This document shows, piece after piece, positions 27,521 to 38,294 of a stretch of 52,277 bases of DNA. This DNA is from an uncultured Methanosarcinales archaeon. Lineage in GTDB: Archaea; Nanobdellota; Nanobdellia; Woesearchaeales; CAYVYK01. The stretch is from the NCBI GenBank assembly GCA_964455675.1, contig CAYVYK010000005.1:62001-114277 (forward strand). Reading direction: 5' to 3'. The position numbers and the translations under genes were made by a program. Position 1 is the stretch's first letter; every line of letters starts with the position of its first letter. The notes beneath the pieces are model-generated. The model was not told the DNA's origin, did no database searches, and worked only from the letters and a program-made list of their open reading frames with translations.

Positions 27521-28432
27521 ATGAGCACAGATCCCCAAGAATCCAGAGCGAAAACGTTTGGTATCCAGACCTATCGGGTGACTGAGGATCGGCTCTATGT
27601 GCCTCAGTTTTCTCCTAGCGAAGTTGAGGAACTTCTCATCGCGTATGAGGAGAGAATTCCCGTGGCGCTCATCGGTCCAACAGGTTGTGGGAAGACAACT
27701 CTTGTGGAAAAGCTTGCGTATATGATCGGCCAGATGCATCCCGAAAATCCGTACGCTGGTACGATCACAACGATCCTTGGGCAGGAGGACATGACCGCGA
27801 CGGAATTGCGCGGCGAGCCCATTCTTGGTCCTGGAGGAACAACCAATTTCCAAGAGGGTCCATTGACGATACGCGTGAAGTACGGTGGAATTTTTTATCT
27901 TGATGAGCTCCCCGAAGCCCGGCCTGGAACGCTGACGTCCGTTCACTCCGTGACTGATTATCGAAGGACGCTAACAATCCCTGAGCTTAAGCTCGTGTTC
28001 GAGGCTCCGGATGATTTTATGTTTATGACTTCTTGGAATCCTGGTCATCAGCAGCGAAGGATGAAGATTAGCACTCGCGATCGTTTTTATCCAATCAAAT
28101 TACGTTATCATCCGCCTGAGGTCGAGGCTGGAATCATCTCCCATTACGGTAAGGTGGATGAAGATACCGCGCTTTTAATCGCGCGTGTGGGTGCGCATGT
28201 TCGAGGGGGAACTCCTGATGGAAAGCCGTATCTTGGCCAGCGCGAACTTGGTACGAGGCGGTTGATTGATGCCGCAAAATTCATCCGCCGTGGAAGGCCT
28301 GTCAGGCTTACACTGCAGCGCCTCTCCGCAAGTGTTGATGCATCATCAACAGAAGACCAGCAGGCGCTCGATGAAGCCATTGATACACTCCTTTCGGATA
28401 TGGGTCTAGAGGAGTCAGATGGCGGAAGATAA
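27521..28432 (+). CDS. MoxR-family AAA+ ATPase (CbbQ/NirQ/NorQ type)
   Basis: GPTGCGKT, EDMTA.EL.G, YLDE, D.RR.L, SWNPG, ST.DRF, TRRLI. Confidence 0.92.
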   Translation: MSTDPQESRAKTFGIQTYRVTEDRLYVPQFSPSEVEELLIAYEERIPVALIGPTGCGKTTLVEKLAYMIGQMHPENPYAGTITTILGQEDMTATELRGEPILGPGGTTNFQEGPLTIRVKYGGIFYLDELPEARPGTLTSVHSVTDYRRTLTIPELKLVFEAPDDFMFMTSWNPGHQQRRMKISTRDRFYPIKLRYHPPEVEAGIISHYGKVDEDTALLIARVGAHVRGGTPDGKPYLGQRELGTRRLIDAAKFIRRGRPVRLTLQRLSASVDASSTEDQQALDEAIDTLLSDMGLEESDGGR

Positions 28433-31400
28433 TTCTGATTTGGAATCCCGTGTCAAGGTGAAACTTTCTGCACAATCAAATGCAATTCTTGCAGAGGTCA
28501 TGGCTAGGATAGGTGATCTTGCATTGAGGAGCGGTGGGAGGCTGGTTCCCGTCGCTCAGGTAGCGATCAAGCAACGTCGTAAGAACCTTCTCTATCTGCT
28601 TAATGATCTGCCCCATCTTACGGATCGTGAGCAGGAAGTCTATATCCGCCTTCAGGGTGACATGGCAAGTACTGCTGCCGGCGTATCTCAGAGCGATGAG
28701 CTTCATATGATCTACACCAAGTTCCCTTCGGATGTCCGGGAAATGGTCGCTCGTCATTTGGACATCCTGCAGATTTCGGGGCGATCTGCACACTACCTCT
28801 GCAAGAAGATGGTTGATGGTATAGACAAGGCGCATGGTATCGACCGTCTGAGGAATTCGCTCAACCTTACATTGCGAGGATTTGACGCCTATACCGATGC
28901 GTTTCCGAGGAGGGATTTGGATAGTGAACCGCGGTCTCAAAGAGCTTCGGAGCGGAGAACGTCGCTGTTAAAAACGGCGTATAAAACGTATCACTCCCTA
29001 CCTGTTAAGGTTGAGGAGTGGGAGAACGTTTTGCAGCTTCAGGATGTTTTGCATCAGTACTATTTCGGTCAGGTAAAAGAGTGGATGGCAAAAGAGGATC
29101 CGGTTATCGTATCAGAGACTATATCCAATATTTGGAGGACACGAGGTAATTTCCTGGAGAAGAATTCTGCTCTCGAGAACGTCATTTCATGGCAAGCCCT
29201 CGCAGGTGAATCCGACGGGGCATTACTGCCAATCCTCTGGCATGGTGTTATGAAAGCTCGTGGGGAGATCGTGCATGAATGGTACGATGCGTATCGGAGA
29301 AGGATTCAGTCTAATCCGCGCCGAGCATCCATCGCGCTCGAGCATCTCGCCGCAGTACCGCGTTTGCGAGACGAGGATGAGGTTACGCGAAGATTTCGCG
29401 CGGTCACGCTATTCCTGGACGGAAAAACCGAGGATTTCTGGCTGAGCACGGAAGTCCTCAGCAATCCGAACACTCCTGAGGAATTAAAGCCAGGTCTTGA
29501 TGGAATCGCATCACTTATGGAAAAAAGTTATCACCAGATCGGAAAGAGGTCTGCCCCATCCCGTGCCTGTGAAGAAGTATCTCGTCAGATCATCGGCGAT
29601 CTTCTGCTCCAGAATACGGAGTCTAGTCTGCGCATGATGAGGCTGCTCTCTGATTATGTTCCTCGGGCAGCAAAGCAAGCAGCGCGTGGGGGTAATCCTA
29701 CACTCGAATATATGCGCGCGCTCCGTTCGTTTGCTCAATCATTTTCCGATCTCGTCAACCTCCCTGAGGAACGCGCGCGTGAAGTGCTCGGTTTGACAAG
29801 CGCTCTTCGCTCGAAGGATACTGAACAGCTATCCCGTGATATGGTTCGAAGCGTGCATGACAGGTCTGGTTCTGCCAAACTTGATTCGGTGCGCAGAAAG
29901 CTTGAGTACTATGCGAACATGCTTGCGGGAACAGACGGTGGAATCTCTATCCAGCAGGGAGACATAATCGCTGCAGAATTCAATCCTGAACGGAGAACCA
30001 CGCTGATCTCCCTGCCAAAATCCATGGGCCATTTTTCGGCGGTAGGTGATAACGAGCGGCTGTACAAGGCATTCACCGCCATGTTTGCTGGCCACTTGAG
30101 GTATGCGACGGGCTATGACAAGGAACATGTGTATATCCCAGTTCTTGAGGTCGCCGCTCAGAAGGATAATCCAGAATTATTCCTGCTCGTGCTTGAGGTG
30201 CTTGAGGAGTCGCGCATCCGCTCGCGTTTAGAAGAGGAGTATCCAGGTTCTCGTCAAGACATCGAGCTCCTCTGTCAGTATTTGCTGCAGCGGAGCGAGA
30301 CAAGACGTGCTGATTTGAGCATACGTTCAGGCGATTTATCTTCACTCATTGAGAGGAGCCTTAAGAAGGACCAAGTTCCTGACAGGGTTGGCAAGGCAAT
30401 TGAGAGGGCTACTCATAGGGGTGCTATCTTCGCTGACGCTTTGGAAGCGGCCACAGAATACTATGAAAAAATAAATCCTAGCGATCGCAGGCTTGTTGAC
30501 GAGAAAGAACTTCGTGGTCTCACTGTTGGCGGGTACGCGTCCATCGATAAGATCATCAGCGCCATGGAACGTATCGCTCGCGAGATTCCGCAAGGCCGGA
30601 AATTTCGTTATCCCGAGTTTGACGAAAAAACAGGTCTTGTGATTCCCCAGGCTACCATCGTGACGGAGACTCCCGTACCAATGATCGAGTACACGCCAGA
30701 ACTTACCGTCGCTATCGATCCGCGAATGCTTGATGTGATGATGCAGCAGTTTGAGTTGCTCGCTCCTGAGGAGATCACTAGGCTTCGTGAACAGACACGC
30801 GGCAGACTTTCCTTGCGGGATCATGCGCGGTGGTTTGCGCACAAGGCCGCAGGATCCGCATCCTGCTACCCCAAGTTTTACACAGAGAAGCGCTATAGCA
30901 CGCGCGATGTGGCGGTTGCGGTCGCGATAGAGCTTTCAGGATCAACGAGAGATTTTCTCGGACGCAGCGAATTCAAGGTTGACTACATGAGGATTATTGC
31001 TGATCATCTTGTTCGCTGTATCCAAACGCTCGGTGATGATGTTGCGCTTTTTGCGTATAACGGGCGGGGTTCTGACACGATCCGGTGTACGCCCATCCTT
31101 TCCTTTGGCCAGATGTACGACGAGAATGCTCGCCGGGCTCTGCTCGCGGTTGATCCGCGGGATAACAATCGTGATGGCGCAGTCATCCGTCATGTCGGGG
31201 AATATCACCTTGCAGAGCATCCTGCTCACACCCGTATGCTTATTAATATCACTGATGGTGTTCCTCACGATTTAGGATATGATAATGGATATGGGCTTGC
31301 GGACATCAGGCATGCGTGTAAAAAGCTGCTTGACCGTCAGGTGTACGCAATGAGACTTGTTATTGATCCGAAATTGACAGGAGAGAAAGCGAGCGCCATG

Positions 31401-31484
31401 CAGGATGAGTTCACGACTGTTCTGCATGACTTCAAGCGCGCGATCTATGAGATTCCTTGGATATACTTTCAGAAAACAAGATAA
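28419..31484 (+). CDS. Large CbbO/NorD-like vWA protein
   Basis: YPEFD, C-terminal ELSGST, NRDGAVIRH, ITDGVPHD..Y. Confidence 0.85.
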   Translation: MAEDNSDLESRVKVKLSAQSNAILAEVMARIGDLALRSGGRLVPVAQVAIKQRRKNLLYLLNDLPHLTDREQEVYIRLQGDMASTAAGVSQSDELHMIYTKFPSDVREMVARHLDILQISGRSAHYLCKKMVDGIDKAHGIDRLRNSLNLTLRGFDAYTDAFPRRDLDSEPRSQRASERRTSLLKTAYKTYHSLPVKVEEWENVLQLQDVLHQYYFGQVKEWMAKEDPVIVSETISNIWRTRGNFLEKNSALENVISWQALAGESDGALLPILWHGVMKARGEIVHEWYDAYRRRIQSNPRRASIALEHLAAVPRLRDEDEVTRRFRAVTLFLDGKTEDFWLSTEVLSNPNTPEELKPGLDGIASLMEKSYHQIGKRSAPSRACEEVSRQIIGDLLLQNTESSLRMMRLLSDYVPRAAKQAARGGNPTLEYMRALRSFAQSFSDLVNLPEERAREVLGLTSALRSKDTEQLSRDMVRSVHDRSGSAKLDSVRRKLEYYANMLAGTDGGISIQQGDIIAAEFNPERRTTLISLPKSMGHFSAVGDNERLYKAFTAMFAGHLRYATGYDKEHVYIPVLEVAAQKDNPELFLLVLEVLEESRIRSRLEEEYPGSRQDIELLCQYLLQRSETRRADLSIRSGDLSSLIERSLKKDQVPDRVGKAIERATHRGAIFADALEAATEYYEKINPSDRRLVDEKELRGLTVGGYASIDKIISAMERIAREIPQGRKFRYPEFDEKTGLVIPQATIVTETPVPMIEYTPELTVAIDPRMLDVMMQQFELLAPEEITRLREQTRGRLSLRDHARWFAHKAAGSASCYPKFYTEKRYSTRDVAVAVAIELSGSTRDFLGRSEFKVDYMRIIADHLVRCIQTLGDDVALFAYNGRGSDTIRCTPILSFGQMYDENARRALLAVDPRDNNRDGAVIRHVGEYHLAEHPAHTRMLINITDGVPHDLGYDNGYGLADIRHACKKLLDRQVYAMRLVIDPKLTGEKASAMQDEFTTVLHDFKRAIYEIPWIYFQKTR

Positions 31485-31499
31485 AATCGAGAAATAAGT

Positions 31500-31964
31500 A
31501 TGACAGCAAACGATCCTGTCCGTCTGCGCGGCCATCACGTGGAAGTGTTTATGCAGTATGCGTTAAGCGAATGCTGGAGTGGTCGGCACGATCCCGGTCT
31601 TCTGAAGCTTGACGATGTGCATCCTGACGCGGCGCGCTATATCGACGCCCAGGTGCAAGTATACCACAAAGCTCGGCAGATCAGTCGTGAGCGCTATGGC
31701 GATGTCATGACGGAAAGAATCAACAGACTGTGGGACCGCCTTCTTATGACGCATGATCAAGTGGAAATAGTTGATGGTCTTGATGATGTGTGCAGGGAGT
31801 GCCCGATCGCGAGGCCATTTTGCGGGGATACCGAGGGTGATGATGCATTTTTGCAGAGGTTTGGCTTGGAAAAAGGGAGAAGGTATGATGTTAGCACTCT
31901 TCGAGAATCCTTGGCTCTTTATGCGCAAAGCCTAGTTCCACCGATGATGAGATTTGACATCTGA
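31500..31964 (+). CDS. DUF1284-like metal-binding protein
   Basis: LRGHH and DDVCRECP...C motifs. Confidence 0.65.
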   Translation: MTANDPVRLRGHHVEVFMQYALSECWSGRHDPGLLKLDDVHPDAARYIDAQVQVYHKARQISRERYGDVMTERINRLWDRLLMTHDQVEIVDGLDDVCRECPIARPFCGDTEGDDAFLQRFGLEKGRRYDVSTLRESLALYAQSLVPPMMRFDI

Positions 31965-31988
31965 ATATTTTTCTGGGAATCTAAATTC

Positions 31989-32693
31989 TTATCGTCCACC
32001 AAAATAGACGTTTGTGATGCGTTTGTCATTCAAAACATCCCGTCCACCTTCAAGTTTGATCTTACCATCTTCAAGAACATATGTGCGATGAGCGATCATC
32101 GCTGCCTGTTTTGCATTCTGCTCCACGAGAAACACAGCGACACCTGACTTGCTTATCCTGACGATCTCCTTAAAGATTCCTTTCATTGCGATGGGTGAGA
32201 GCCCTAGGGAAGGCTCGTCAAGCAGGAGCACTTTTGGCTTCATCACGAGCGCCCGAGCGATTGCGAGTATCTGTTGCTGTCCTCCGGAGAGCGTGTTTGC
32301 GCGCGCATGCTGCTTCTCTGATAGCATCGGAAACAACTGGAGCAGCTCATTCATTCGTTTGTCCAGCTTCCTTCGGTCATGAAGCATGAATGCACCCATC
32401 TCGATATTCTCCTTGACGGTAAGAAGTGTGAAGACCTGCCGACCCTGCGGGACATAGCACACTCCTGCCCTGATAAGTTCGTGTGTTGGAATTCCTGTGA
32501 TGTTGCGTTTTTCCAGACGTATTGTTCCGTTGGTTACCTCGCACTGATTGAATACTGCTTTAAGCACGGTGGATTTTCCTGCTCCGTTTGGTCCAATGAT
32601 CGCAATAATCTCTCCTGCATCCGCGGCAAGGCTCACTCCTTTGAGGATCTCCTGCCCGTGGTATCCTGCATGTACATGAGTGATCTCTATCAT
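31989..32693 (-). CDS. livF: Branched-chain amino acid ABC ATPase
   Basis: GPNGAGKS, LSGGQQQ, LLDEPSLGLSP, VEQN. Confidence 0.93.
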   Translation of the reverse strand: MIEITHVHAGYHGQEILKGVSLAADAGEIIAIIGPNGAGKSTVLKAVFNQCEVTNGTIRLEKRNITGIPTHELIRAGVCYVPQGRQVFTLLTVKENIEMGAFMLHDRRKLDKRMNELLQLFPMLSEKQHARANTLSGGQQQILAIARALVMKPKVLLLDEPSLGLSPIAMKGIFKEIVRISKSGVAVFLVEQNAKQAAMIAHRTYVLEDGKIKLEGGRDVLNDKRITNVYFGGR

Positions 32694-33433
32694 GATCCTA
32701 AATACGCCTCCAAAACGTTCTTGTTCTTTCTGATCTTTGAGGGTGGGCCCTGCGCGATCACCCTTCCTTCATCCATGACGATGACGATATCCGCGATTCC
32801 CATGATAAAATCCATGTCATGTTCGATAATGAGGATTGACTCTCCATCGGAGCGAAGGTGCATAAGAAGTCTGCCGATCTCGGTGCGTAGCGCTGGATTG
32901 ACTCCGGCGACTGGCTCGTCGAGGAGGAGAAGCTCGTGCGGCAAGATGAGTGTGCGCGCGATCTCCACGAGCCTTTTCTGGCCATAGCTTAAGTCGCGCG
33001 CAGTCTTAAGATATTCCTTTTCCATGTGGACAAGCGCTAGGGTACTCTCGATTCGGTCTTCATCAACCGAGGCGTATCGATTTGATCCGCGTAAGGTTTT
33101 CCAGAGCATAGTGTCTTTTGCTGATACTGCAATTCCAAGGTTCTCTCCAACCGTGAGGTTGTTGAAAAGCCTTGAGTGCTGGAAGAGTCTCGCAATGCCT
33201 GCATTCGCGATGCGTTCAATTGGCCATGCGCTGATTTCCTGCTGCTTGAAGACTATTCTTCCCTCGTCCGGTACAATAATCCCCGAGATCATGTTGAACA
33301 CGGTCGTTTTTCCCGATCCGTTTGGTCCGATAAGCGCTGTGATTTTCCCTTTCTCAACGGAAAAGCTGCAGGTATTAACAGCGTGCACACCTCCGAAATT
33401 CTTTCGTAACTTTTGAATTGAGAGGATGTTCAC
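32690..33433 (-). CDS. livG: Branched-chain amino acid ABC ATPase
   Basis: GPNGSGKT, LSYGQKRLVEIAR, IEHDM, AYLG. Confidence 0.93.
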   Translation of the reverse strand: MNILSIQKLRKNFGGVHAVNTCSFSVEKGKITALIGPNGSGKTTVFNMISGIIVPDEGRIVFKQQEISAWPIERIANAGIARLFQHSRLFNNLTVGENLGIAVSAKDTMLWKTLRGSNRYASVDEDRIESTLALVHMEKEYLKTARDLSYGQKRLVEIARTLILPHELLLLDEPVAGVNPALRTEIGRLLMHLRSDGESILIIEHDMDFIMGIADIVIVMDEGRVIAQGPPSKIRKNKNVLEAYLGS

Positions 33434-34302
33434 GTGAGCTGCACCTTCCCGAAAAATCCTCTTGGTTTGTAAAGCAGTATGATGATGAGCATGACAGCAT
33501 ACATGAGTTGGCGTGCGGGCCCGACGATCGAAGAGGGAAACCCGATAAACCGCAGCGGCTCTGGGAGTAGCACAAGGATAATCGTCGCAATCATTGTTCC
33601 CCGCAGAGAGCCTAGTCCTCCGATGATGACGATGGCAAGGACCGGTATGATTTGGAGGACGCTGAATGTCGACGGGTCGATATAGCTGATGTAGTGTGCG
33701 TACAAGCTGCCCGCGATTCCTGCAAAGAATGCTGAGATGCCGAGGCAGTAGCTTTTCATTTTCATGGTGTTTTTTCCTAGGCAGCGCGCGGCTAGTTCAT
33801 CATCACGGATGGCCTCCAGCACCTTTCCAAATGGTGAGCGGGTGATCCTTCTTATGATGAGATACGTGAGGAATGTAATGATCCAGGTTAGGGCTAGGTA
33901 GCTGACGGGTGACTTGATGATTACCCCAAAGATCAATGGTTTTTGGATCCCCGCTATTCCCAGGGGGCCGTGTGTGAAGCTTGTCCAGTTGAGCGCCACC
34001 GCGTAGGTGACGAATGCGAATCCCATTGTCGCGAGCGCAAGGTAATCTCCTTTGAGTCGATGGACGGGGATTGCGACGAGGAATCCGAGAATCATGGCAA
34101 GTGTTCCAGCAGCGATGATTGCTGCGCCAAAGGGCACTCCTGCCTGCACGAGGATGGCTGAGGTATATGCGCCGATGGCGTAGAATGCGATATGCCCAAG
34201 GTTAATGAGTCCCCCAAAGCCCATCGAGAGCTGTAGTGATAGTGCAAGGATCATCATGATCCCTATAAGTATGAGGAGATGGATGAGATACCCCTCAATC
34301 AT
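33430..34302 (-). CDS. livM: Branched-chain amino acid ABC permease
   Basis: GHIAFYAIGAY, LKGDYLALAT, AIRDDE. Confidence 0.93.
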   Translation of the reverse strand: MIEGYLIHLLILIGIMMILALSLQLSMGFGGLINLGHIAFYAIGAYTSAILVQAGVPFGAAIIAAGTLAMILGFLVAIPVHRLKGDYLALATMGFAFVTYAVALNWTSFTHGPLGIAGIQKPLIFGVIIKSPVSYLALTWIITFLTYLIIRRITRSPFGKVLEAIRDDELAARCLGKNTMKMKSYCLGISAFFAGIAGSLYAHYISYIDPSTFSVLQIIPVLAIVIIGGLGSLRGTMIATIILVLLPEPLRFIGFPSSIVGPARQLMYAVMLIIILLYKPRGFFGKVQLT

Positions 34303-35180
34303 TTGCCTTCGCCTCTTTTAGTTCCTATGATGCCTTGCGGCTTCATGAGAAGGAATCCGAGGAGAATGACAAATGCGATTGCGTCTTTGTATCCGGAGGG
34401 GAGAAACCATATCCCTATGTTTTCTGTCAAGCCAAGCAGGAATGATCCGAGCACAGCTCCAGGAACGCTGTGGATGCCTCCGATGATTGCTCCTGTGAAC
34501 CCTTTTATGATCAGGTGTGTCCCCATGATTGGCTCAAGATTCTGTTCAAGGCTTACAAGAATTCCGGCAATTCCTGCGATACCCGATCCCATCATGATAG
34601 AGATTGAATAAATCCGCTCGGAGGATATCCCGCAGATCTCCGCCACATCCTTGTTGTCGGCGACCGCGCGCATGGCTTTCCCGATTCTCGTTTTGTTCAT
34701 GAATACATAGAGGAGTGCGAGGAGTACGAGCGCGCTGATTACGATGACAATCTGCAGTGGTGTGATGATCGCTCCAAGGAGATGTACTCCCTGCTGCAAG
34801 GGGAGCGCGTTGATGGTTTTTACGTTGGCGCCAAAGATAATGACGACTACTGACTCAAGGAGTATGAGGAGCGCGACGCTTGCGATGAGTAAGATCACGC
34901 TGCTTGCCTTTCGTTTGCGAAGCTGTCGGTACACGAGGAGGTTCATGAGATAACCGATGAGAACGCTTCCAGCGACAGAAAGGAACACGGCTCCCGCGAT
35001 GGGAATGCCAAGCACGCTAAATAGTAGGTAGAGCAAGTACGCTGCGAGCATGACTGCTGCTCCGTGGGCAAAATGGATGAATTTGCATGTTGAGTAAATG
35101 AGAGAGAATCCTGATGCTACGAGTGCATATATCGCTCCCGCGATTAGCCCATTCACGATGAGTTGCGCTGCGATTGACAT
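34299..35180 (-). CDS. livH: Branched-chain amino acid ABC permease
   Basis: GAIYALVASGFSLIY, HFAHG, GKAMRAVADN. Confidence 0.93.
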   Translation of the reverse strand: MSIAAQLIVNGLIAGAIYALVASGFSLIYSTCKFIHFAHGAAVMLAAYLLYLLFSVLGIPIAGAVFLSVAGSVLIGYLMNLLVYRQLRKRKASSVILLIASVALLILLESVVVIIFGANVKTINALPLQQGVHLLGAIITPLQIVIVISALVLLALLYVFMNKTRIGKAMRAVADNKDVAEICGISSERIYSISIMMGSGIAGIAGILVSLEQNLEPIMGTHLIIKGFTGAIIGGIHSVPGAVLGSFLLGLTENIGIWFLPSGYKDAIAFVILLGFLLMKPQGIIGTKRGEGK

Positions 35181-35238
35181 CGTTTAGGAACTTTATTCTG
35201 CTCCTTAATAAATATTTCAGCGGAAGGATTGTTAGGCG

Positions 35239-36003
35239 TTAACCTCCTCGCGTGGACTCGGTTCGTTCTGCGATCCGCCACAATTCCTCAAAATACTTGC
35301 GGTGGTTGTCTGCCATCTCCTGGCTCTCGATCATTACGGCGAATGGATCTCTTGTCCATGATTGGAGCACGACTTTGTTTGCGTAGATGATCGTTGCCGT
35401 CGGTGATTCGAGCCTTACAGGCATGAGCCGATACTTCGTGTGCTTCATTGAGTGTGCGATGCGCTGGATTTTCTCCTTGGCTGCTTTTGTGTTGTTGTAG
35501 ATAATCCTCATGATTACCTTCTTCTGGATGCGCTGCCTGTGCCATTCATCCATGAAGGCAGGGATGATGTCATAGGATGATCGTGAGCTCCCGTATCCAA
35601 GGAATTCCCCTACATTTGACCTGAGGATGTCATTCATCATCGTCTTCATGCCGTCCTTGCCCTCGAAGATGGTTACCCTTGGCCTGTTGTAACCTTTCAA
35701 TCTTTGGATCCTTTCAAGTTTTGGAAGCACGTCATTGATCGAATTCTCCTTTTCTTTGAGGATTCTGAGGAGCTCATGCGGGTCTGATGCTGTAAAATAC
35801 TTCTTCTTGTCCATGACTGAATAAGCCATCAATCCATCGTCGATGAGCCTTTCGAGGATGTCATAGACAAGGGTGCGCGGGAGGTCACTCTTGAGCGCGA
35901 TGTCACTCGCTGTCATCTTCCCTAGTTCGAGGCTCGCAAGGTATACTTTGGATTCTTTCTCGCTGAGCCCGAATTTTCTTAAGGAACCTATGAGCTCTTC
36001 CAT
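35239..36003 (-). CDS. TrmB-family transcriptional regulator
   Basis: FGLSEKESKVY..L, PRTLVYDIL.RL HTH and a C-terminal effector domain. Confidence 0.88.
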   Translation of the reverse strand: MEELIGSLRKFGLSEKESKVYLASLELGKMTASDIALKSDLPRTLVYDILERLIDDGLMAYSVMDKKKYFTASDPHELLRILKEKENSINDVLPKLERIQRLKGYNRPRVTIFEGKDGMKTMMNDILRSNVGEFLGYGSSRSSYDIIPAFMDEWHRQRIQKKVIMRIIYNNTKAAKEKIQRIAHSMKHTKYRLMPVRLESPTATIIYANKVVLQSWTRDPFAVMIESQEMADNHRKYFEELWRIAERTESTRGG

Positions 36004-36087
36004 GTCGTAAATAATTGACAGCACATTATTAAATATAAGCCACCACTGAGTGATGACTAAAATATCTAAAACTTAGTTGGTGGTGAG

Positions 36088-37212
36088 ATGATGGGATGTG
36101 TACAATATCTAGCGATAGCTCTCGTCCTCTTGTTTGTTGGTTGCACGGGAAGTGTCACGGGCGAGGCCGTCGGGCAAGTGAAGAACGAGGTGAACATTGG
36201 TGCTGTTCTTTCCCTCACGGGGGCGTATGCATCCGTAGGTGAAGACGTGAGGAATGGCGTGAGCCTCGCCGAGAAGGAGTTGAACGCTCGTGATCCTTCA
36301 TACCGATTTAATGTGATATACGATAATGATCAGTCAGACACCTCAGCAGCTGTGACGATCGTTCGGAAATATATTGATATCAATAACGTGAATCTTATCA
36401 TCGGTCCCACAAGTTCGGGTGCTGTGCTCGCGGTGGCTCCCATGACTGAGGAGGCAAAGCGCCTGCTGTTTGTCTTTACATCTGCTGAGCAGGTGACAAG
36501 TGCCGGCGATTTTGTATTTCGGAATCGAGAGACTGGTAAGACGCACGGCGAGCGAATGGCTGAAGTTATGATCGGGAATGGAATCCAGAAGGTAGGAGTC
36601 TATGCCGCGGAGTCCCCAAACTCCTTAACTTATTCTGATGCGTTCACAAGTGCTTTTGTACGAAACGGTGGAATAATCGTGTATAGCGCGACGTATAAGC
36701 CTGAGGAAAAAGATTTCCGCACCATTATTTTGCGGGGGATCGATAGCGGTGCACAAGCATTCTATATTGCTGGAGCATCCGGCTCAGATGCTGGGCTGCT
36801 CGTTCGCCAGGTGCGTGAGCAAAATGAAGGGATACGTATCGCAGGAACGACAGTCTTTGGCCTAGAGGAATTCCGCAGTGCTGCAATGGCCGCTTCCGAG
36901 GGAGCATTGTACACGTATCCCATTCTGGATGAGAATCAAAAAGCGACTCTCGATTTTGCGCAAGACTACCGCACTGCGTACGGAAAAGAGCCCACCTATT
37001 TTGCTGCCCTTGGGTACGACATGATGCAGCTTATTGCGAATGCTGTCCGTAGCTGTGGTGGGGATGATGCTTCATGCGTACGGGACTATCTTTACAGCGT
37101 TTCGGATTATGATGGTGCGAGCGGGCGCACGACCTTTGATGAGAACGGCGACGTCTTGAAGGACATCGCGCTCATGACCTTCCGTCAAGGCGAGCCTGTC
37201 ATCATGATTTAG
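36088..37212 (+). CDS. LivJ/LivK-type ABC substrate-binding protein
   Basis: IGAVLSLTG, GDFVFR, ALGYD, GASG..TFDENGD. Confidence 0.9.
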   Translation: MMGCVQYLAIALVLLFVGCTGSVTGEAVGQVKNEVNIGAVLSLTGAYASVGEDVRNGVSLAEKELNARDPSYRFNVIYDNDQSDTSAAVTIVRKYIDINNVNLIIGPTSSGAVLAVAPMTEEAKRLLFVFTSAEQVTSAGDFVFRNRETGKTHGERMAEVMIGNGIQKVGVYAAESPNSLTYSDAFTSAFVRNGGIIVYSATYKPEEKDFRTIILRGIDSGAQAFYIAGASGSDAGLLVRQVREQNEGIRIAGTTVFGLEEFRSAAMAASEGALYTYPILDENQKATLDFAQDYRTAYGKEPTYFAALGYDMMQLIANAVRSCGGDDASCVRDYLYSVSDYDGASGRTTFDENGDVLKDIALMTFRQGEPVIMI

Positions 37213-38174
37213 TGTGTGAATGGAAAATAGTTGAGGAGGTGCTCCTCGTGGATAAGCAGCGTTTCGTAATCCCTGATGATTGACGTAAATCTGTTCCTGA
37301 TGTCCGTGAGGATTGAATGCAATTCCTCATCGCTGCCGACTTCAAATTCCAGTTCAGCGTCCCATCCTCCGAGCAGTTTGAGGTACTGGATGCCGCGTTC
37401 GTGCTGCCGCATATACTGCATGAGTTCCTGTTCCTTGCTTACAGTGAGGTTTTGTAGACGAAGCATAATCTTGTATACTCGTCGGTCAATCGCTTGCAGG
37501 TTGACGAGAATGCGGTGCTGTACAAGGATCCCTTCCTGCCTGAGTTTTTTTATCCGGTAGCTTATGACATCTCTCGTAATGCTGGTTTTTTCGGAGAGTT
37601 CAAGGATTGGGATTCGTGCGTTTAGTGCGAGCTCCCGAAGTATGCTTTTCTCCTGCGTATCAAGCGAAATGTGTTTGATGGATTCTCCATACACATATTC
37701 TTTTTTCCCGGACTCCTTGGTATAGTTGAGGGTAAACACTGGCGATATCTCCGTAAGAAGAATATTTTTTTCAAGGATGCTCGTGGCGTATTTCGCCCCA
37801 AACGCTGAAATGATTTCTCCAAGTTCATTCACGTCGCGCGCAAGGACGCTCACGGCAAGGTCCCATCGCCCTCGGCATGTTCCGCACCAGATCGTATTCT
37901 GCCGTTTCCAGTACTTTACTATTTCCTGCTCTTTCTCTATGCCGGTGCTGTGGAACTTGAAGTAGAGTTTGTACTGGGTATACCCCAGTTTTGAGAAGTT
38001 GACGACGGTATAGAACTGCCTGATGACTCCCCTGCGAACGAGGTTTTTCAGTCGATAATCCACGACCTGCGCTGATAATCTTACGGTCCTTGCGATCTCA
38101 TGGAGCGACGCTCTGCTGTTCTGGTCGAGAGCTTGGAGGATTTTGCGGTCCTTCAAATCAAGTTTCACTCTCAT
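37209..38174 (-). CDS. Tandem-domain Lrp/AsnC regulator
   Basis: Two HTH-RAM repeats (LDLKDRKIL..., LDTQEKSIL...). Confidence 0.88.
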   Translation of the reverse strand: MRVKLDLKDRKILQALDQNSRASLHEIARTVRLSAQVVDYRLKNLVRRGVIRQFYTVVNFSKLGYTQYKLYFKFHSTGIEKEQEIVKYWKRQNTIWCGTCRGRWDLAVSVLARDVNELGEIISAFGAKYATSILEKNILLTEISPVFTLNYTKESGKKEYVYGESIKHISLDTQEKSILRELALNARIPILELSEKTSITRDVISYRIKKLRQEGILVQHRILVNLQAIDRRVYKIMLRLQNLTVSKEQELMQYMRQHERGIQYLKLLGGWDAELEFEVGSDEELHSILTDIRNRFTSIIRDYETLLIHEEHLLNYFPFTH

Positions 38175-38294
38175 GAATTGATGTATAAGGTATTCATATA
38201 TAATTCTTGCGTAAATGTCAAAAAAATAGATAATAATTTTGATATATTTGTGATATGAATTTTGTCACTAATAGATAATAAAAGGGTGGTTATA

